From: Octopus vulgaris
Taxonomy: Eukaryota
DNA: 64,000 bases
Reading direction: 5' to 3'
NCBI GenBank assembly: GCA_951406725.2
Contig: OX597840.1
Location: 28,458,001-28,522,000, forward strand
Below are positions 30,045 to 46,223 of the stretch, piece by piece. Below the pieces are notes generated by a model that saw only the letters and a list, made by a program, of their open reading frames with translations, ran no database searches and was not told the origin of the DNA. Position 1 is the first letter of the stretch. Each line of letters starts with the position of its first letter. The translations under genes were made by a program, and so were the position numbers.

Positions 30045-30090
30045 GTATATATTTATTGGCTAAACTGGCAAAATGACCATTCCGAAATAT

Positions 30091-30161
<71 letters not shown>

Positions 30162-30163
<2 letters not shown>

Positions 30164-30386
30164 AGGAGGTACTGGAAAGTTCCTAGCTTTGGGTATAAAG
30201 AAAATACAGGAGGATCAGTTAATCATGGTTTTATTCATCATATTCCCCTCTCAGATTCACACAGTTTTTGCAGAGATCCTTCAGCTTTTCTAAGCACCCT
30301 GTAAAAGAACGGGGAAGGCTGGACTTCCAACAATACCTTAGGCGATTGCCTTAAAGTAAGGAACTCTTTTGTATATCCCCACCTCG
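30162..30386. mobile_element. Mariner-derived MITE
   Basis: Imperfect TIRs GGAGGAGGTACTGGAAAGTTCCTAGCTTT / AAAGTAAGGAACTCTTTTGTATATCCCCACCTCG with TA flanks. Confidence 0.75.
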
Positions 30387-30391
30387 TATAA

Positions 30392-30531
30392 ACGACAGGC
30401 TTCTTTCAGTTTCCATCTACCAAATCCACTCACAAGACTTTGGCGGACCTGAGGCTATAGTAGAAGACACTTACCCAAGATGCCACGCGGTGGGACTGAA
30501 CCCGGAACCATGTGGTTGGTAAGCAAGCTAC
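30392..30531 (-). mobile_element. SINE family A head
   Basis: Reverse complement of the family A 5' half. Confidence 0.85.
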
Positions 30532-30618
30532 TCTCCATCCACCTACTTGTCAATCGTGAGCAGGGCTAATGAGAGTGTTGGGGGTTCAAATGGTACATAT
30601 TCTGGTTCCCGATAAAAC

Positions 30619-30832
30619 TTGACTGTCTTGACTGTCAAGGCTGATCTGGAACCCAGCCTAGGCCCCCATATCTACGGCGTTCGCCGCTGGAATAAGGAGT
30701 GTTTGGAGATCACGCGGTCGTTAGCCTCAAATCGCCAGGTCTGGTCGGTGTTTGTGAGAGATGCAGCATTGAGGATGAATGAAGCCAGCTCAACCCACCC
30801 CGGTGAATGCTGTCAAGTCAAGTCAAGTCAAG
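30619..30832 (+). mobile_element. 5'-truncated RTE-clade LINE with target-site duplication
   Basis: C-terminal VKADLEP..RRWNKECLEITRSLASNRQVWSVFVRDA.. and (CAAGT)n tail. TSD TCCCGATAAAAC (30607-30618) / TCCCGGTAAAAC (30833-30844). Confidence 0.8.
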
Positions 30833-31330
30833 TCCCGGTAAAACCAAGGAAGGATCATGTCTATCTTCTCAGCTCCTTTGCTCTTGCCCTTTCCACTAAC
30901 CCAAAAGCAACTCTGCATCCGGGCATTTGAAAGAGTCTTGTCATATTTCTCTTGGAGACCCTCGTTAAGAGGATGAGTTGGAAGCACTTAACGTTATTCG
31001 TAAATTGTGTTTAGATGCTGAATGTGGTAATTAGAAGACATTGTTGTTTCTCCTCTCCGCCTTTACATCATTTTATCAGTGGAATATCTAGGATTCAACA
31101 GCGGGTGGGGTGACAGAGAAGGCATATTCAAATATATGTATGCGTCTGGGCAATAAAAAAAAAACGGAACAAAAGCAACAGAAGGAAATTAACTCTCGGT
31201 GAAAGATTTAGGTGGAAATATACGAGTAGAAACGACGTTTCGAACATGGATTTTAATTGGAAGAAGGAAGAGAGTACAGAGAAGAGGAAAAGAAAGAAAG
31301 AGGCAGATAGTCCGGAGAACGAGAAAGCGG

Positions 31331-31385
31331 TCCTTTACTGACGAGGCAACGGAAATAGCCGAAACTGGACGTTCAGTCTAAGGGA
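31331..31385 (+). ncRNA. Canonical type I hammerhead ribozyme
   Basis: TCCTTTA-CTGACGA-GGC-loop-GCC-GAAAC-TGGACGTTCA-GTC-TAAGGGA. All core nucleotides present; GUC site, predicted cleavage after 31378. Confidence 0.88.
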
Positions 31386-31579
31386 TTCTCGAGTCGGCGT
31401 TTAAAGGCGATTTCAGCCCCCTGCGAGCATTTGTGTATACATTTATGTGCTTTTCTTACAAGATGAGAGCATTTTAGCTCTTATTTCTAGCAATGATGGT
31501 GTCTTGACACCCTTAGTCGCGTTTCGTGACAAATTATATTTTTCCTTTATGGTAACACATTGTTCATGGCTGTTTTTTT

Positions 31580-31969
<390 letters not shown>

Positions 31970-31976
31970 GTGTATG

Positions 31977-32009
<33 letters not shown>

Positions 32010-32064
32010 CTGTGAGTGCGCGTGTGTGTATGTGTATGTGTATGTTTGTGTGTTTGTGTGTGTA

Positions 32065-32102
<38 letters not shown>

Positions 32103-32247
32103 CGTATGTTTGTGTATGTGTGTGGGGTGGTGGGGGCGGTTGTGTGTGTGTGTATGTGTGCGCGCGCTTATGTTTGTGTGGAGAAAGAGAGACAGACAGA
32201 GAGACAGACAGACAGACAGATAGATGGATAGATATATATATAGATAA

Positions 32248-33954
<1,707 letters not shown>

Positions 33955-34074
33955 CAGACAGACATCGATAGATAGATAGATAGAGAGATAGATCGAGAGA
34001 GAGAGAGAATGAGAGAGAGAGAGAAAGAGTTATAGATAGATCGATAGATAGAGAGATAGAGAGAAAGAGAGAAA

Positions 34075-34143
<69 letters not shown>

Positions 34144-34745
34144 ATAAATAGATAAATAGATAGATAGGGAGACAGAGAGAGAGAAAGAGAGAGCGACAGA
34201 CACACAGACAGACAGATGGACAGTCTGACAGGTAAAGAAATACGTTGGTATCTATATGCACAGAGACACATGTGCCTCTGGGTGTAATTGTATGTATGTT
34301 TGTATATATATTTAGAAAAAGAGAGTGAAAGAGAGAGAGAGAGAGAGAGAGAGTTAAGCATGTGTGTGTGTGCGTGTGTGTGTGTGTGTGTAGCTAGAGA
34401 GGCTGACAGACAAACAGGTATATATACACCTGAGTGGACAGACAGACCTCTGATCAAAGACATTCCAACAAGAACCATCCCGTTCCCCTTTCATGCATTG
34501 TGTATACAGGAGTACATTACCAACGTGTTTTCAAGACGTGTAATGGGACACGGACACACAGACACACACACAATCCAAACCTCAAGGAACTGATTTTCAC
34601 ATCAGATGAAAACTGCTTGCACTCATTATGTTGGCTTTTATCTCTTTCATCTGTGTGCTAACTCATTCTACCGGAGTAGATCTGTTAGTTTGGGGCTTTC
34701 TGTCCCTTTGTCTCTTCATCCATCCATCCATCCATCTATCTATCA

Positions 34746-34818
<73 letters not shown>

Positions 34819-35033
34819 CCTACCTACCTACCTACCTACCTATCTCGAGTATAACCAGCCGAAATTGCAAGGATAATCTGGAACTCGACTGAGGAAAGAA
34901 AACTCCGAATGACCCGTCCTTGTTTTTTTCTCGATCCTTTTTTTGTATTATCTGTCTGGATATTTTGTTGTCCCTTTTATGTATCATCTAACTGTCTGGA
35001 TGATTTGCGTTCTTGTCACATATTTTGTTGTCC

Positions 35034-35540
<507 letters not shown>

Positions 35541-35651
35541 CTTATGCCTTATGTATTCTTCGTGATCGTCATCAACATCGTCATCATCATCACCACCATC
35601 ATCGTCTTTTTTATCACTGTCGTCATCATCGTTATCGTCGTCGTCGTCTTC

Positions 35652-35684
<33 letters not shown>

Positions 35685-35965
35685 GTCATCATCATCATTT
35701 TCATAGTCATCATCGTCGTTATCATCATCATTATGAATAGCAACAGAAACGAGATCTTCCCCCCACCCCCAGTGCAAGTTGCTGACGACACTCCAAGAAC
35801 AGCGGAGGTTTCGTGGGTGTGGGAGGACGGGGTGGCGAGCGCAAGGATGTGATAGATATAAACCTACCCGAGTCCATACCCCGCATACAGATATCTATTA
35901 CACATATCCATTCCCCACCCCCTACACACACATAGCATACAAACATAGATATATGCACATATACA

Positions 35966-36124
<159 letters not shown>

Positions 36125-36146
36125 GATATATATATATATACATATA

Positions 36147-36218
<72 letters not shown>

Positions 36219-36595
36219 TATATGTAGATATATATATTTCTCTGTGTGTGTGTATGCACACACATCTATTATAAAAACACCTGCTGTCTCACATTCACAC
36301 ACACACACACGCACACAATCACACACTGTTATGCATCACACACACACACACACTTACACACACACAATTACACACACACAATCACACACTGTTATGCATC
36401 ACGCACACACACACACTTACACACACACACAATTACACACACACAATCACACACTGTCATGCATCACACACACACATAGTCATATATTCATATATATGCG
36501 GTCACACATGACAGCTCCACAGATACATACACACACGACATCCACACGCGCACACGCGTACACACATATACATACATACGTACACAAACATCCAT

Positions 36596-36629
<34 letters not shown>

Positions 36630-36970
36630 TCAAACATACTCAGAAGCATTTTCACTCACGCAGACACACACATTCAGCCACACGTAACATCCAGGCACAC
36701 ACACACACACAAACACATACACATACACGTTCAGACATACTCAAAGACATTTTCGCTCACGCAGACACACACACACATTCATCCACACGTGGCATCTAAG
36801 CACACACACATACACACACTCACACACACACAGACACGCACACACACACAGTAACACATTCGTATGCATCCAGCCTCATACAGAGTCACACACAATTACA
36901 CAGACATACATATACACAATGACACAATTAATTACACACACACACAGACACGCACACACAGTCAAGCATC

Positions 36971-37009
<39 letters not shown>

Positions 37010-37239
37010 AACCTCATATAACACCTGCACACACGCATTCTGACATACACAAACAGTCCCAAACGTTAGAATTACACACTTACACACACACACATACAAA
37101 CAGACACACACACATGCAAACACAAACACACGTACACACACATACACACACCTTCTTGAGAGAGTTCACTGTGCATTATTCTTTATATACGCTTCGTTGC
37201 ACACGCAAAAACACACACGCATACACAACACCCACATTA

Positions 37240-37271
<32 letters not shown>

Positions 37272-37339
37272 GCATACAAACATATGCAAGCAAACATACG
37301 CACGCCCACGCGTACACACACAACACACACATACACACA

Positions 37340-37553
37340 CGTATGTTAATACACACATTCACATGTTCAGTGTGACACACGGTCACACACATACACAGGA
37401 AGACACACACACACACACACACACACAGACACACACACACACACACACATACACACACACACACACACACAAACACACACATACACACACACACGCATGT
37501 TATTACACACATTCACATGTTCAATGTGATATACGGACACACACAGACACAGG

Positions 37554-37594
<41 letters not shown>

Positions 37595-37628
37595 TCTCAC
37601 ACACATACACGGTCACACACACACACGG

Positions 37629-37672
<44 letters not shown>

Positions 37673-37711
37673 TCACACACACATACACGGTCACACACAC
37701 ACACGGTCTCA

Positions 37712-37760
<49 letters not shown>

Positions 37761-37781
37761 TCACACACACACACGGTCTCA

Positions 37782-37816
<35 letters not shown>

Positions 37817-37857
37817 GGTCACACACACATACACGGTCACACACACACACGGTCTCA

Positions 37858-37888
<31 letters not shown>

Positions 37889-37929
37889 GGTCACACACAC
37901 ATACACGGTCACACACACACACGGTCTCA

Positions 37930-37970
<41 letters not shown>

Positions 37971-38009
37971 TCACACACACATACACGGTCACACACACAC
38001 ACGGTCTCA

Positions 38010-38054
<45 letters not shown>

Positions 38055-38219
38055 TCTCACACACATACACGGTCACACACACACACGGTCTCACACACAT
38101 ACACACACACACACACACACGGTCACACACACATACACGGTCACACACACACACGGTCTCACACACATACACACACACACACACGGTCACACACACACAC
38201 GGTCACACACACACACGGT

Positions 38220-38256
<37 letters not shown>

Positions 38257-38279
38257 TCACACACACATACACGGTCACA

Positions 38280-38324
<45 letters not shown>

Positions 38325-38363
38325 TCACACACACATACACGGTCACACACACACACGGTCTCA

Positions 38364-38406
<43 letters not shown>

Positions 38407-38500
38407 TCACACACATACACAGGAAGATACACACACGCACACGCATGTTAATACACGCATGTTCAATGTGACACACGGTCACACACATACACAGGAATAC
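37340..38500. repeat. (CA)n-derived higher-order minisatellite with CGGT/CGGTCT/CATA marks
   Basis: Recurring cacatacacggtcacacacacacggtctc unit, flanked by three copies of an ATGTTAATACAC..ATGTTCA(A/G)TGTGA block. Confidence 0.85.
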
Positions 38501-39045
38501 ACACACAAACACACATACACACACACACACAGAGGCGCACACATCCGTAACAACGAACTCACACCCACGTGCACGCACGCACGCACGCACGCACGCCGCG
38601 CGCGCGCGCAGGCAGGTAACATTGTTATTAGAAACAGATGCCAAAAATGACTAAACACCAAAATAGCAACAGCAGCACCAGCAGCACCAGCAGCAGCCGT
38701 AGCAGCAGCAGCAACCCCGTCAACCCATCCCGTTCCCCCACCCCTCACACATACCCGCTGCTGAGATGCACATCACAAGGCACTTTTTTTTGTTTTCTGT
38801 TTGGGTTTTTGTTTCGTTTTTTGTTTTTTTTTGCAAACAACTTGCAGATGCAAGTACTACAAGTTGAAATATCTGCATAACGGATGCTTGCAAGCTTATG
38901 GTGGGGTCACCAGGTGAGAACGTGCGCCGTTTCGGGGGCCCTTCCTCTCGATGGCATCATTGCGCACTTGCCCCGCCTCGCTGAGATAAAGCCCCGCTTT
39001 CTAGATCATCTAGTTACAATGTTTCGCTCAATGTTCTAGGTCGAT

Positions 39046-39628
39046 AAGGCAGCGAGCTGGCAGAATCGTTAGCACGCCGGGCGAAATGCTTAGCGGTATT
39101 TTCGTCTGCCGTGACGTTCTGAGTTCAAATTCCGCCGAGGTCGACTTTGCCTTTCATCCTTTCGGGGTCGATTAAATAAGCACCAGTTACACACTGGGGT
39201 CGATGTAATCGACTTAATCCTTGTTTGTCTTCTCTGTTTAGCCCCTTGTGGGTAGTAAAGAAATAGGTATTTCGTCTGCCGCTCCGTTCTGAGTTCAAAT
39301 TCCGCCGAGGTCGACTTTGCCTTTCATCCTTTCGGGGTCGATTAAATAAGCACCAGTTACACACTGGGGTCGATGTAATCGACTTAATCCTTGTTTGTCT
39401 TCTCTGTTTAGCCCCTTGTGGGTAGTAAAGAAATAGGTATTTCGTCTGCCGCTCCGTTCTGAGTTCAAATTCCGCCGAGGTCGACTTTGTCTTTCATCCT
39501 TTCGGGGTCGATAAATTAAGCACCAGTTACGCACTGGAGTCGATATAATCGACTTAATCCCTTTGTCTGTCCTTGTTTGTCCCCTCTGTGTGTAGCCCCT
39601 TGTAGGTAGTAAAGAAATAGGTATTTCG
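39046..39628 (+). mobile_element. SINE family B tandem trimer (period about 170 bp)
   Basis: GGTATTTCGTCTGCC restarts at 39266 and 39436. Only the first unit has the A-box head. Confidence 0.92.
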
Positions 39629-39736
39629 GGCCTTGTGCCTAGAGTAGAAAATAATGTTCTTCTAGTGGGATTGAACCTGGATCCGTGTGGTTGGGAAGCA
39701 AGCTTCTTACCGTACAACTTCTATATATATAATATA

Positions 39737-39794
39737 CTAGCAGAGATACCCGGCGTTGCCCGGTTACATTCAATTGAAGAATTAGACTTTTCTG

Positions 39795-39870
<76 letters not shown>

Positions 39871-41233
39871 ATACACACACACACATGTATATTAATATAA
39901 ATACATGAAAGTACATGAAGTTTGTTAAAAAAAGGGGGGGATTATGTATACACCTCCTGGCTGTTGAGATTATAACACCTCGTTGTAAACAATGTTCCTT
40001 GTTTTTCCTTGTGGAGCATATACAAAAAGGTTTCTTTTGGTTCCTACTCTTGAGCAGCCAACATACAGTTGCCCATGCGAGAAGCAGGGCTCTTCCAAGA
40101 GAAGACCAGCTACAGAGAGGGTTTGGCCCTGAGATTTGTTAATGGACATGGCAAAGCTGACACGAAGGGGGAATTGCAGTCTTCTGAATGTAAATGGAAT
40201 TTCTGCTCCTGATGGAGTAAGAGGAAATCTTGGAATAAAGACGTCATCAGCTTTTCCACATCCAGAAAGAATGATCGCCTCGATAACGTGTGACATCATT
40301 TTCTTTATCGCCAGTCGTGTTCCATTGCAAAGTCTTGGTGGTTCCAGATTGCGGAGTAGCATTACAGGAGTTCCAACTTTAAGTGCTAATATGTGTGGAG
40401 GTAGTCCAGGAGGCTCCAGTGAATTGAGAAATTCCACCACCCCCCACCGTCACCCCCACCCCCACCACCACACCACCCCTACCACCATCATCACCACCAA
40501 CAACAACACGACCACCACGACAACCACCACCACCATCACCACCAACACCACCACCACCACCGTCACCACCACCACCACCACAACCACCACCACCACCACC
40601 ACCGTCACCACCACCACCACCACCATCACCACCACCACCACCACCACCACCATCATCATCACCACCACCACCACCACCACCATCACCACCACCACGATGA
40701 CCACCACGACAACCACCACCACCATCACCACCTACACCACCACCACCACCGTCACCACCACCACCACCACAACCACCACCACCCACCACCACCACCACCA
40801 CCATCGCCACCACCACCACCATCACCACCACCACCACCACCATCATCATCACCACCACCACCACCACCACCACCACCCACCACCAACACCACCACCACCA
40901 CCATCACCACCACCACCACCAACACAACACCACCAACACGACGACGACCACCACCACCACCACCATCGTATTAATAGTTTCAGTATTAAAGTGAAAGTGT
41001 CTGCATTACAAAAGAAAGATGTTCACTTTTAACACGTAATACTGAAATAGTGGAGAAGATATGATATTTTCACCTTAGGCAAAAAGTTAAATTTTTTGCC
41101 GATGACACTCCCCGGACCTTAAGTAAGGCATGTGTAAAATTTGAATGAAATTGGTTGAGTAGTTCTCAAGTTTTAGGGAAACACACAGACAGACACACAC
41201 ACACACACACATTCTCAGTTTTATATATATAGA
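39737..41233 (-). mobile_element. Non-autonomous Helitron, 1497 bp
   Basis: Minus strand starts A|TCTATATATATAAAA (41233) and ends with a CCGGGCAACGCCGGG hairpin then CTAG|T (39737). AT target, no TSD; carries a helicase fragment. Confidence 0.92.
39970..40436 (-). pseudogene. PIF1-like helicase C-terminal fragment of Helitron RepHel
   Basis: [81 protein letters not shown]. No N-terminal part; abuts a (GGT)n array. Confidence 0.93.
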
Positions 41234-41247
41234 TACATAGTTCTAAA

Positions 41248-41526
41248 AAAAGCTCCACGAGGCTCCGGCAGGGGATGGTGGTGATCCCTGCTGTACTCTT
41301 TCACCACAACTTTCTCTCACTCTTACTTCCTGTTTCTGCTGTACCTGTATTTCAAAGGGCCGGCCTTGTCACTCTCTGTGTCACGCTGAATATCCCCGAG
41401 AACTACGTTATGGGTGCACGTGTCTGTGGAGTGCTCAGCCACTTACACGTTAATTTCACGAGCAGGCTGTTCCGTTGATTCGGATCAACCGGAAGCCTCA
41501 TCGTCGTAACCGACGGAGTGCTTCCT
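41248..41526 (+). mobile_element. SINE body and 3' part, probably family D (head missing)
   Basis: AAAGCTCCACGAGGCTCCGGCAGGGG..CGTAACCGACGGAGTGCTTCC. The link to the 4483 head is from recall, not shown in this window. Confidence 0.6.
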
Positions 41527-41908
41527 TTAAAGAAGGAAGAAAGAATAAAATAGCTTATAAAATTCTAGACAAAACGCATTCGGCAGGAAAAAGCGAACTT
41601 ACACACGTGTAATACATTCAGCTCCACCATTCCTACTGCTGCTATCACAACTAGCATTCCAACAAGTACCACCACAACTGCTATCATTACTACCACCAAC
41701 AACAACAATAACAACAACAAAGTTAAGAGATTTGCGCGAGTGAAAAGCTTCAGATATCATAAAAGGCAGTGATATCATTTAACAGTAGATCAGAGATAAT
41801 CTCTAATTGCCGCCCGATACAAAATCTTTACTCGTCATATCTTAATGACTGTATTCCCCATTAGAGATATTTACATTTCGATATGTGGCTTTGCTTTACT
41901 TTCAAATG

Positions 41909-41961
<53 letters not shown>

Positions 41962-43105
41962 TACACACGCATACACGCACACACACGCACACATACACAA
42001 ACACTCACATACACACGCGTATGTATGTATTATGCATGTATTAATGTATATATATGTGTGTGTGTGTATATGTGTGTATGTATGAATGCCTCTATGTGTG
42101 TATGTATATATGTATATACTTACGTACGTACGTATGTATGCATGTATGTATAGATGTATGTCCGAATGTACGTATGTATGTATGCATGTAAGTAGGTATA
42201 TATGTATGTACGTACGTATGTATGTATGCATATATATATGTATGCATGTATGTATAGATGTATGTACGTATGTACGTATGTATGTATGCATGTATGTAGG
42301 TATATATGTATGTACGTACGTATGTATGTATGCATATATATATATGTATGCATGCATGTATGTATAGATGTATGTACGTATGTACGTATGTATGTATGCA
42401 TGCATTCATGTATGTAAATATATATGTATGTACGTATGTATGTATGCATGTATGTATGCAAGTATGCACGTATATATGTACGCATGTAAGTATGTATATA
42501 TGTATGTACGCACGTATGTATGTACCACGGAAGTACGTGTGTTCATACGTATGTACGTATTTATGTATGTATGTGTATAATCGCTCTAAATTTGATATAT
42601 TCCTGTATCATTGATACTGTTTTCTCTGAGCACGAAGAAGTATTCTTAGCGCCAATCAGAAATATATATATATTTATTCATATAATTCCCATAATATCCT
42701 ATTCCAGAAAACTAGTTTTTAATTTTTTTTCAATGCAGATTGAGATAAATTTGAGAAACCTGGTAAAGTTCGGTTTTTGTTATATATTTTTATCGTATGT
42801 TTTTGATCCCAAATACTTCGTAACAGCGTGTGTGATGTTCCGGCTATTTCTGTTTATCATCGCTACTCGTACAATACAAATATTGCTCAAAACTTTACGC
42901 AATTTGCGTGTCTGCAAGTCATTAGGGATCTCCGTGGATCTAACTTCCCACACAAACCTGTAACACGCCACATCTCTGGAAACATTCTGTTTGTAGATTG
43001 GGTTTGTTATACAACAAAACGATTGTTTTCTTTTCATACAGGCTTCATTTCATTTTATAGACCCCTTTTGTAGTTTTGCTATATCTACACCTGTTTCAGT
43101 ACGCA

Positions 43106-43144
<39 letters not shown>

Positions 43145-43148
<4 letters not shown>

Positions 43149-43253
43149 TTCCGGGTTCAGTCCCACTGCGTGGCACCTTGGGCAAGTGTCTTCTACTATA
43201 GCCTCGGGCCGACCATAGCCTTGTGAGTGGATTTGGTAGACGGAAACTGAAAG
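43145..43253 (+). mobile_element. SINE family A head fragment
   Basis: ATGGTTCCGGGTTCAGTCCCACTGCGTGGCACC..GGAAACTGAAAGAA. Confidence 0.88.
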
Positions 43254-43698
43254 AAATATATATATATTTGAACGTCTGCAACGCCTAATCCTCGGCACCA
43301 AGCTTAATCTTGTCCCAAATACCAAAATTTCAAACTGTTGTTATTATCGTCATCGTCGGCGACATCATTATCACCACTAGCCAACTCATCATCATCATCA
43401 TCCTCGTCCTGTTTCTCCGAATATCCCTCCTCTTTCCCCTCTTCCTCCTCTTCTCCACTTTCTTCGTCTTTTCATCTTCATCTTTCTCCTCATCATCATC
43501 AAGATCATCATCATCATCCTCATTATCATCATCATCATCACCATCATCAACATCACCATCGTCAACGTCATCATAGACATCATTGCCACCATCATCATCA
43601 TCATCGTCGTCGTCGTAGTCTTCTTTGGTGCTATGATTCCGATAATCACCCTCCTTCTCTTCCTCCCTGTCAACATGATCATCATCATCAACTTCCTC

Positions 43699-43766
<68 letters not shown>

Positions 43767-43852
43767 TAGCGCTTCATCACCATCATCACCACCCTCGCTA
43801 TCATTATTCCTACATCACCATCACCATCACTACTACCACCACCATCAGCACC

Positions 43853-43886
<34 letters not shown>

Positions 43887-44196
43887 TCATCATTTCCAAG
43901 TCTACCACACCCACCACAGCAGTGAACCGAGGGAGATTCGGCTGCCATTTCTAGCAGGTCGAACGACCACGTTGTTCTCTTTTGCTGTTGTCGTTGTTGT
44001 TGTAGCTGTTACCATGGTAACAATCTTAGATCAACACAATAAAACAGATACTTCTGTGGGCTGCTATGTCCTCCAGCCCCATCCACCCGCCATCCACCCG
44101 TTCAATGTTATCAGCAGAATGTGAGAAGGAACGTGATAGGATTCTTAGGGCAGCGTTATACCATTGTTACACGCTAGCACATGGATTATCTATCTG

Positions 44197-44264
<68 letters not shown>

Positions 44265-44267
44265 ATC

Positions 44268-44435
<168 letters not shown>

Positions 44436-44484
44436 ATATCTATCTATCTATCTATCTATCCATCCTTATCTATCTATATGCCTT

Positions 44485-44845
44485 CTGTGATAACGATCCC
44501 TATTGATCAATTTTTTTTCCTCTCCCCCTTTTTTTTAACCCCCCCCTTTCTTTTTGTCCTCTTTCTCTCCTTTTACGATCCCTTTTGATCGAAACTCCCC
44601 CCTCCATTTTTTTTTTTTTTTTAACCTTCGAAAGAAAAGCTCTACCTTGTAATTTGTTCTATCTGTGTGCAGCCCTGTGTGGCTAATAAAGAAACATATC
44701 TATCTATCTATCTATCTTTTTTCTTTCCTTTTTGCGATCCCTTTTGATTGAAAACTTACCCCACATTTTTTTCTCCCCATAAAGAAAAGCTCTACTTTGT
44801 AATCTGTCCCGTCTGTGTTCAGCCCTGTGTGGCTAATAAAGAAAC
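44485..44845 (+). mobile_element. Two tandem Tx1-like LINE 3' ends (44485-44695, 44716-44845) in (TATC)n
   Basis: Both end AGCCCTGTGTGGCTAATAAAGAAAC-ATATC, as does 18331-18756. Confidence 0.8.
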
Positions 44846-44853
44846 ATATCTAT

Positions 44854-44918
<65 letters not shown>

Positions 44919-45180
44919 CATCTATCTATCTATATATGTATCTATCTATCTATCTTTCTCAGTCTTTATCTATCTATCTGCCTATCTATCAATCTTCCCA
45001 TCTATAACTCTTTCTCTCTCTCTCCATCTTTCTAGCTATCAATCTATTTATCTATCTATCTCTGTTTCTCTATCTATCTATCTCTAACCCTCTCAAATAC
45101 ATATATACATGCAAATATACATGCGCAGACAAACAGAAACACAGAGAGATAGATAGGTTGATATATAAATAGATAGATAT

Positions 45181-45261
<81 letters not shown>

Positions 45262-45265
45262 AAGA

Positions 45266-45690
45266 CAGGGCTGCACACAGATGGGATAAGTTACAAGGTA
45301 GAGCTTTTCTTTTGGGGGATGAAGAGAACAAAAGACAAAAGAAAAAAAAAGGGGATGGCGTAGGTTTTTCGATCAAGAGGGATCGTAAAAGGGAAGAAAA
45401 GAACAAAAACAAAAAAAAATTGAATAAAATAAAAAGAATAAAAAGAAAAAAAAGAAAAGGAAAAGGAACAAAAGGAAAGAGAAATGAAAAAAGAAGAAAA
45501 AAGGGGAAAAAAGGGGGAAGAGGAAAAAAAAACGATCAATAGGGATCGTGTATCACAGTGTTATGATATATGGTGTAATGGGGAAAGCAAGTAAGGTTTA
45601 TCCGTGGGAAGAAAAGCCTACGAAAAAGACCACGGTAACCTTGGTCAATATTGTTATATGTTACCACATTTGTTTGCAAGTGGGTAACCC
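45266..45690 (-). mobile_element. Tx1-like LINE 3' UTR in (GATA)n
   Basis: Reverse complement of about 18414-18738 with an extra segment; (GATA)n on both sides. Confidence 0.8.
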
Positions 45691-45741
<51 letters not shown>

Positions 45742-46223
45742 CATACATACATACATAGAAAGATAGAGAAGAAAGATAGATAGATAGATAACGGCAGTTA
45801 AATTCCTTCCTCTTTAGAACCACTCATTCGGTTAATCTGGCATTTATGCTCGGTTCATTGGCTCAAATGGCCAACGCTGTTGGTCGATGACGGGAACCAG
45901 AATCACAGAGACAAACATAAATATTATTTTATGGCAGATAAAGAACCAGAACTGTGGTCGAAGTGTTCGACAATTCTCCTTCGCCAAAATTATGGCACCG
46001 TCACAGAAAATGGCATTCGAACGAATCGATCTCAGTACTTTTTTCTTTTCTACGCCTGGTACTTATTTTTTATGGAACCTTTTTGCCAAACCGATAGGTT
46101 ACGGGGGACGAAAACCCTCCAGCACCGGTTGTCAAGAGGTGGGACGCAAACACACCAACAAAGGATGTCAAGCAGTTGGTGAGGGACAAATACAGCTGCA
46201 AAGAGTCGCAAACACACAAATGA

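Noticed and set aside
39970-40440. Host PIF1 helicase gene
   Set aside because: It lies inside Helitron termini, lacks the N-terminal motifs and has no exon boundaries.
42600-43073. ORFs in a unique stretch (42520-42963 +, 42780-43037 -)
   Set aside because: No recognisable motif or convincing splice pair; cannot be excluded as an exon without RNA data.
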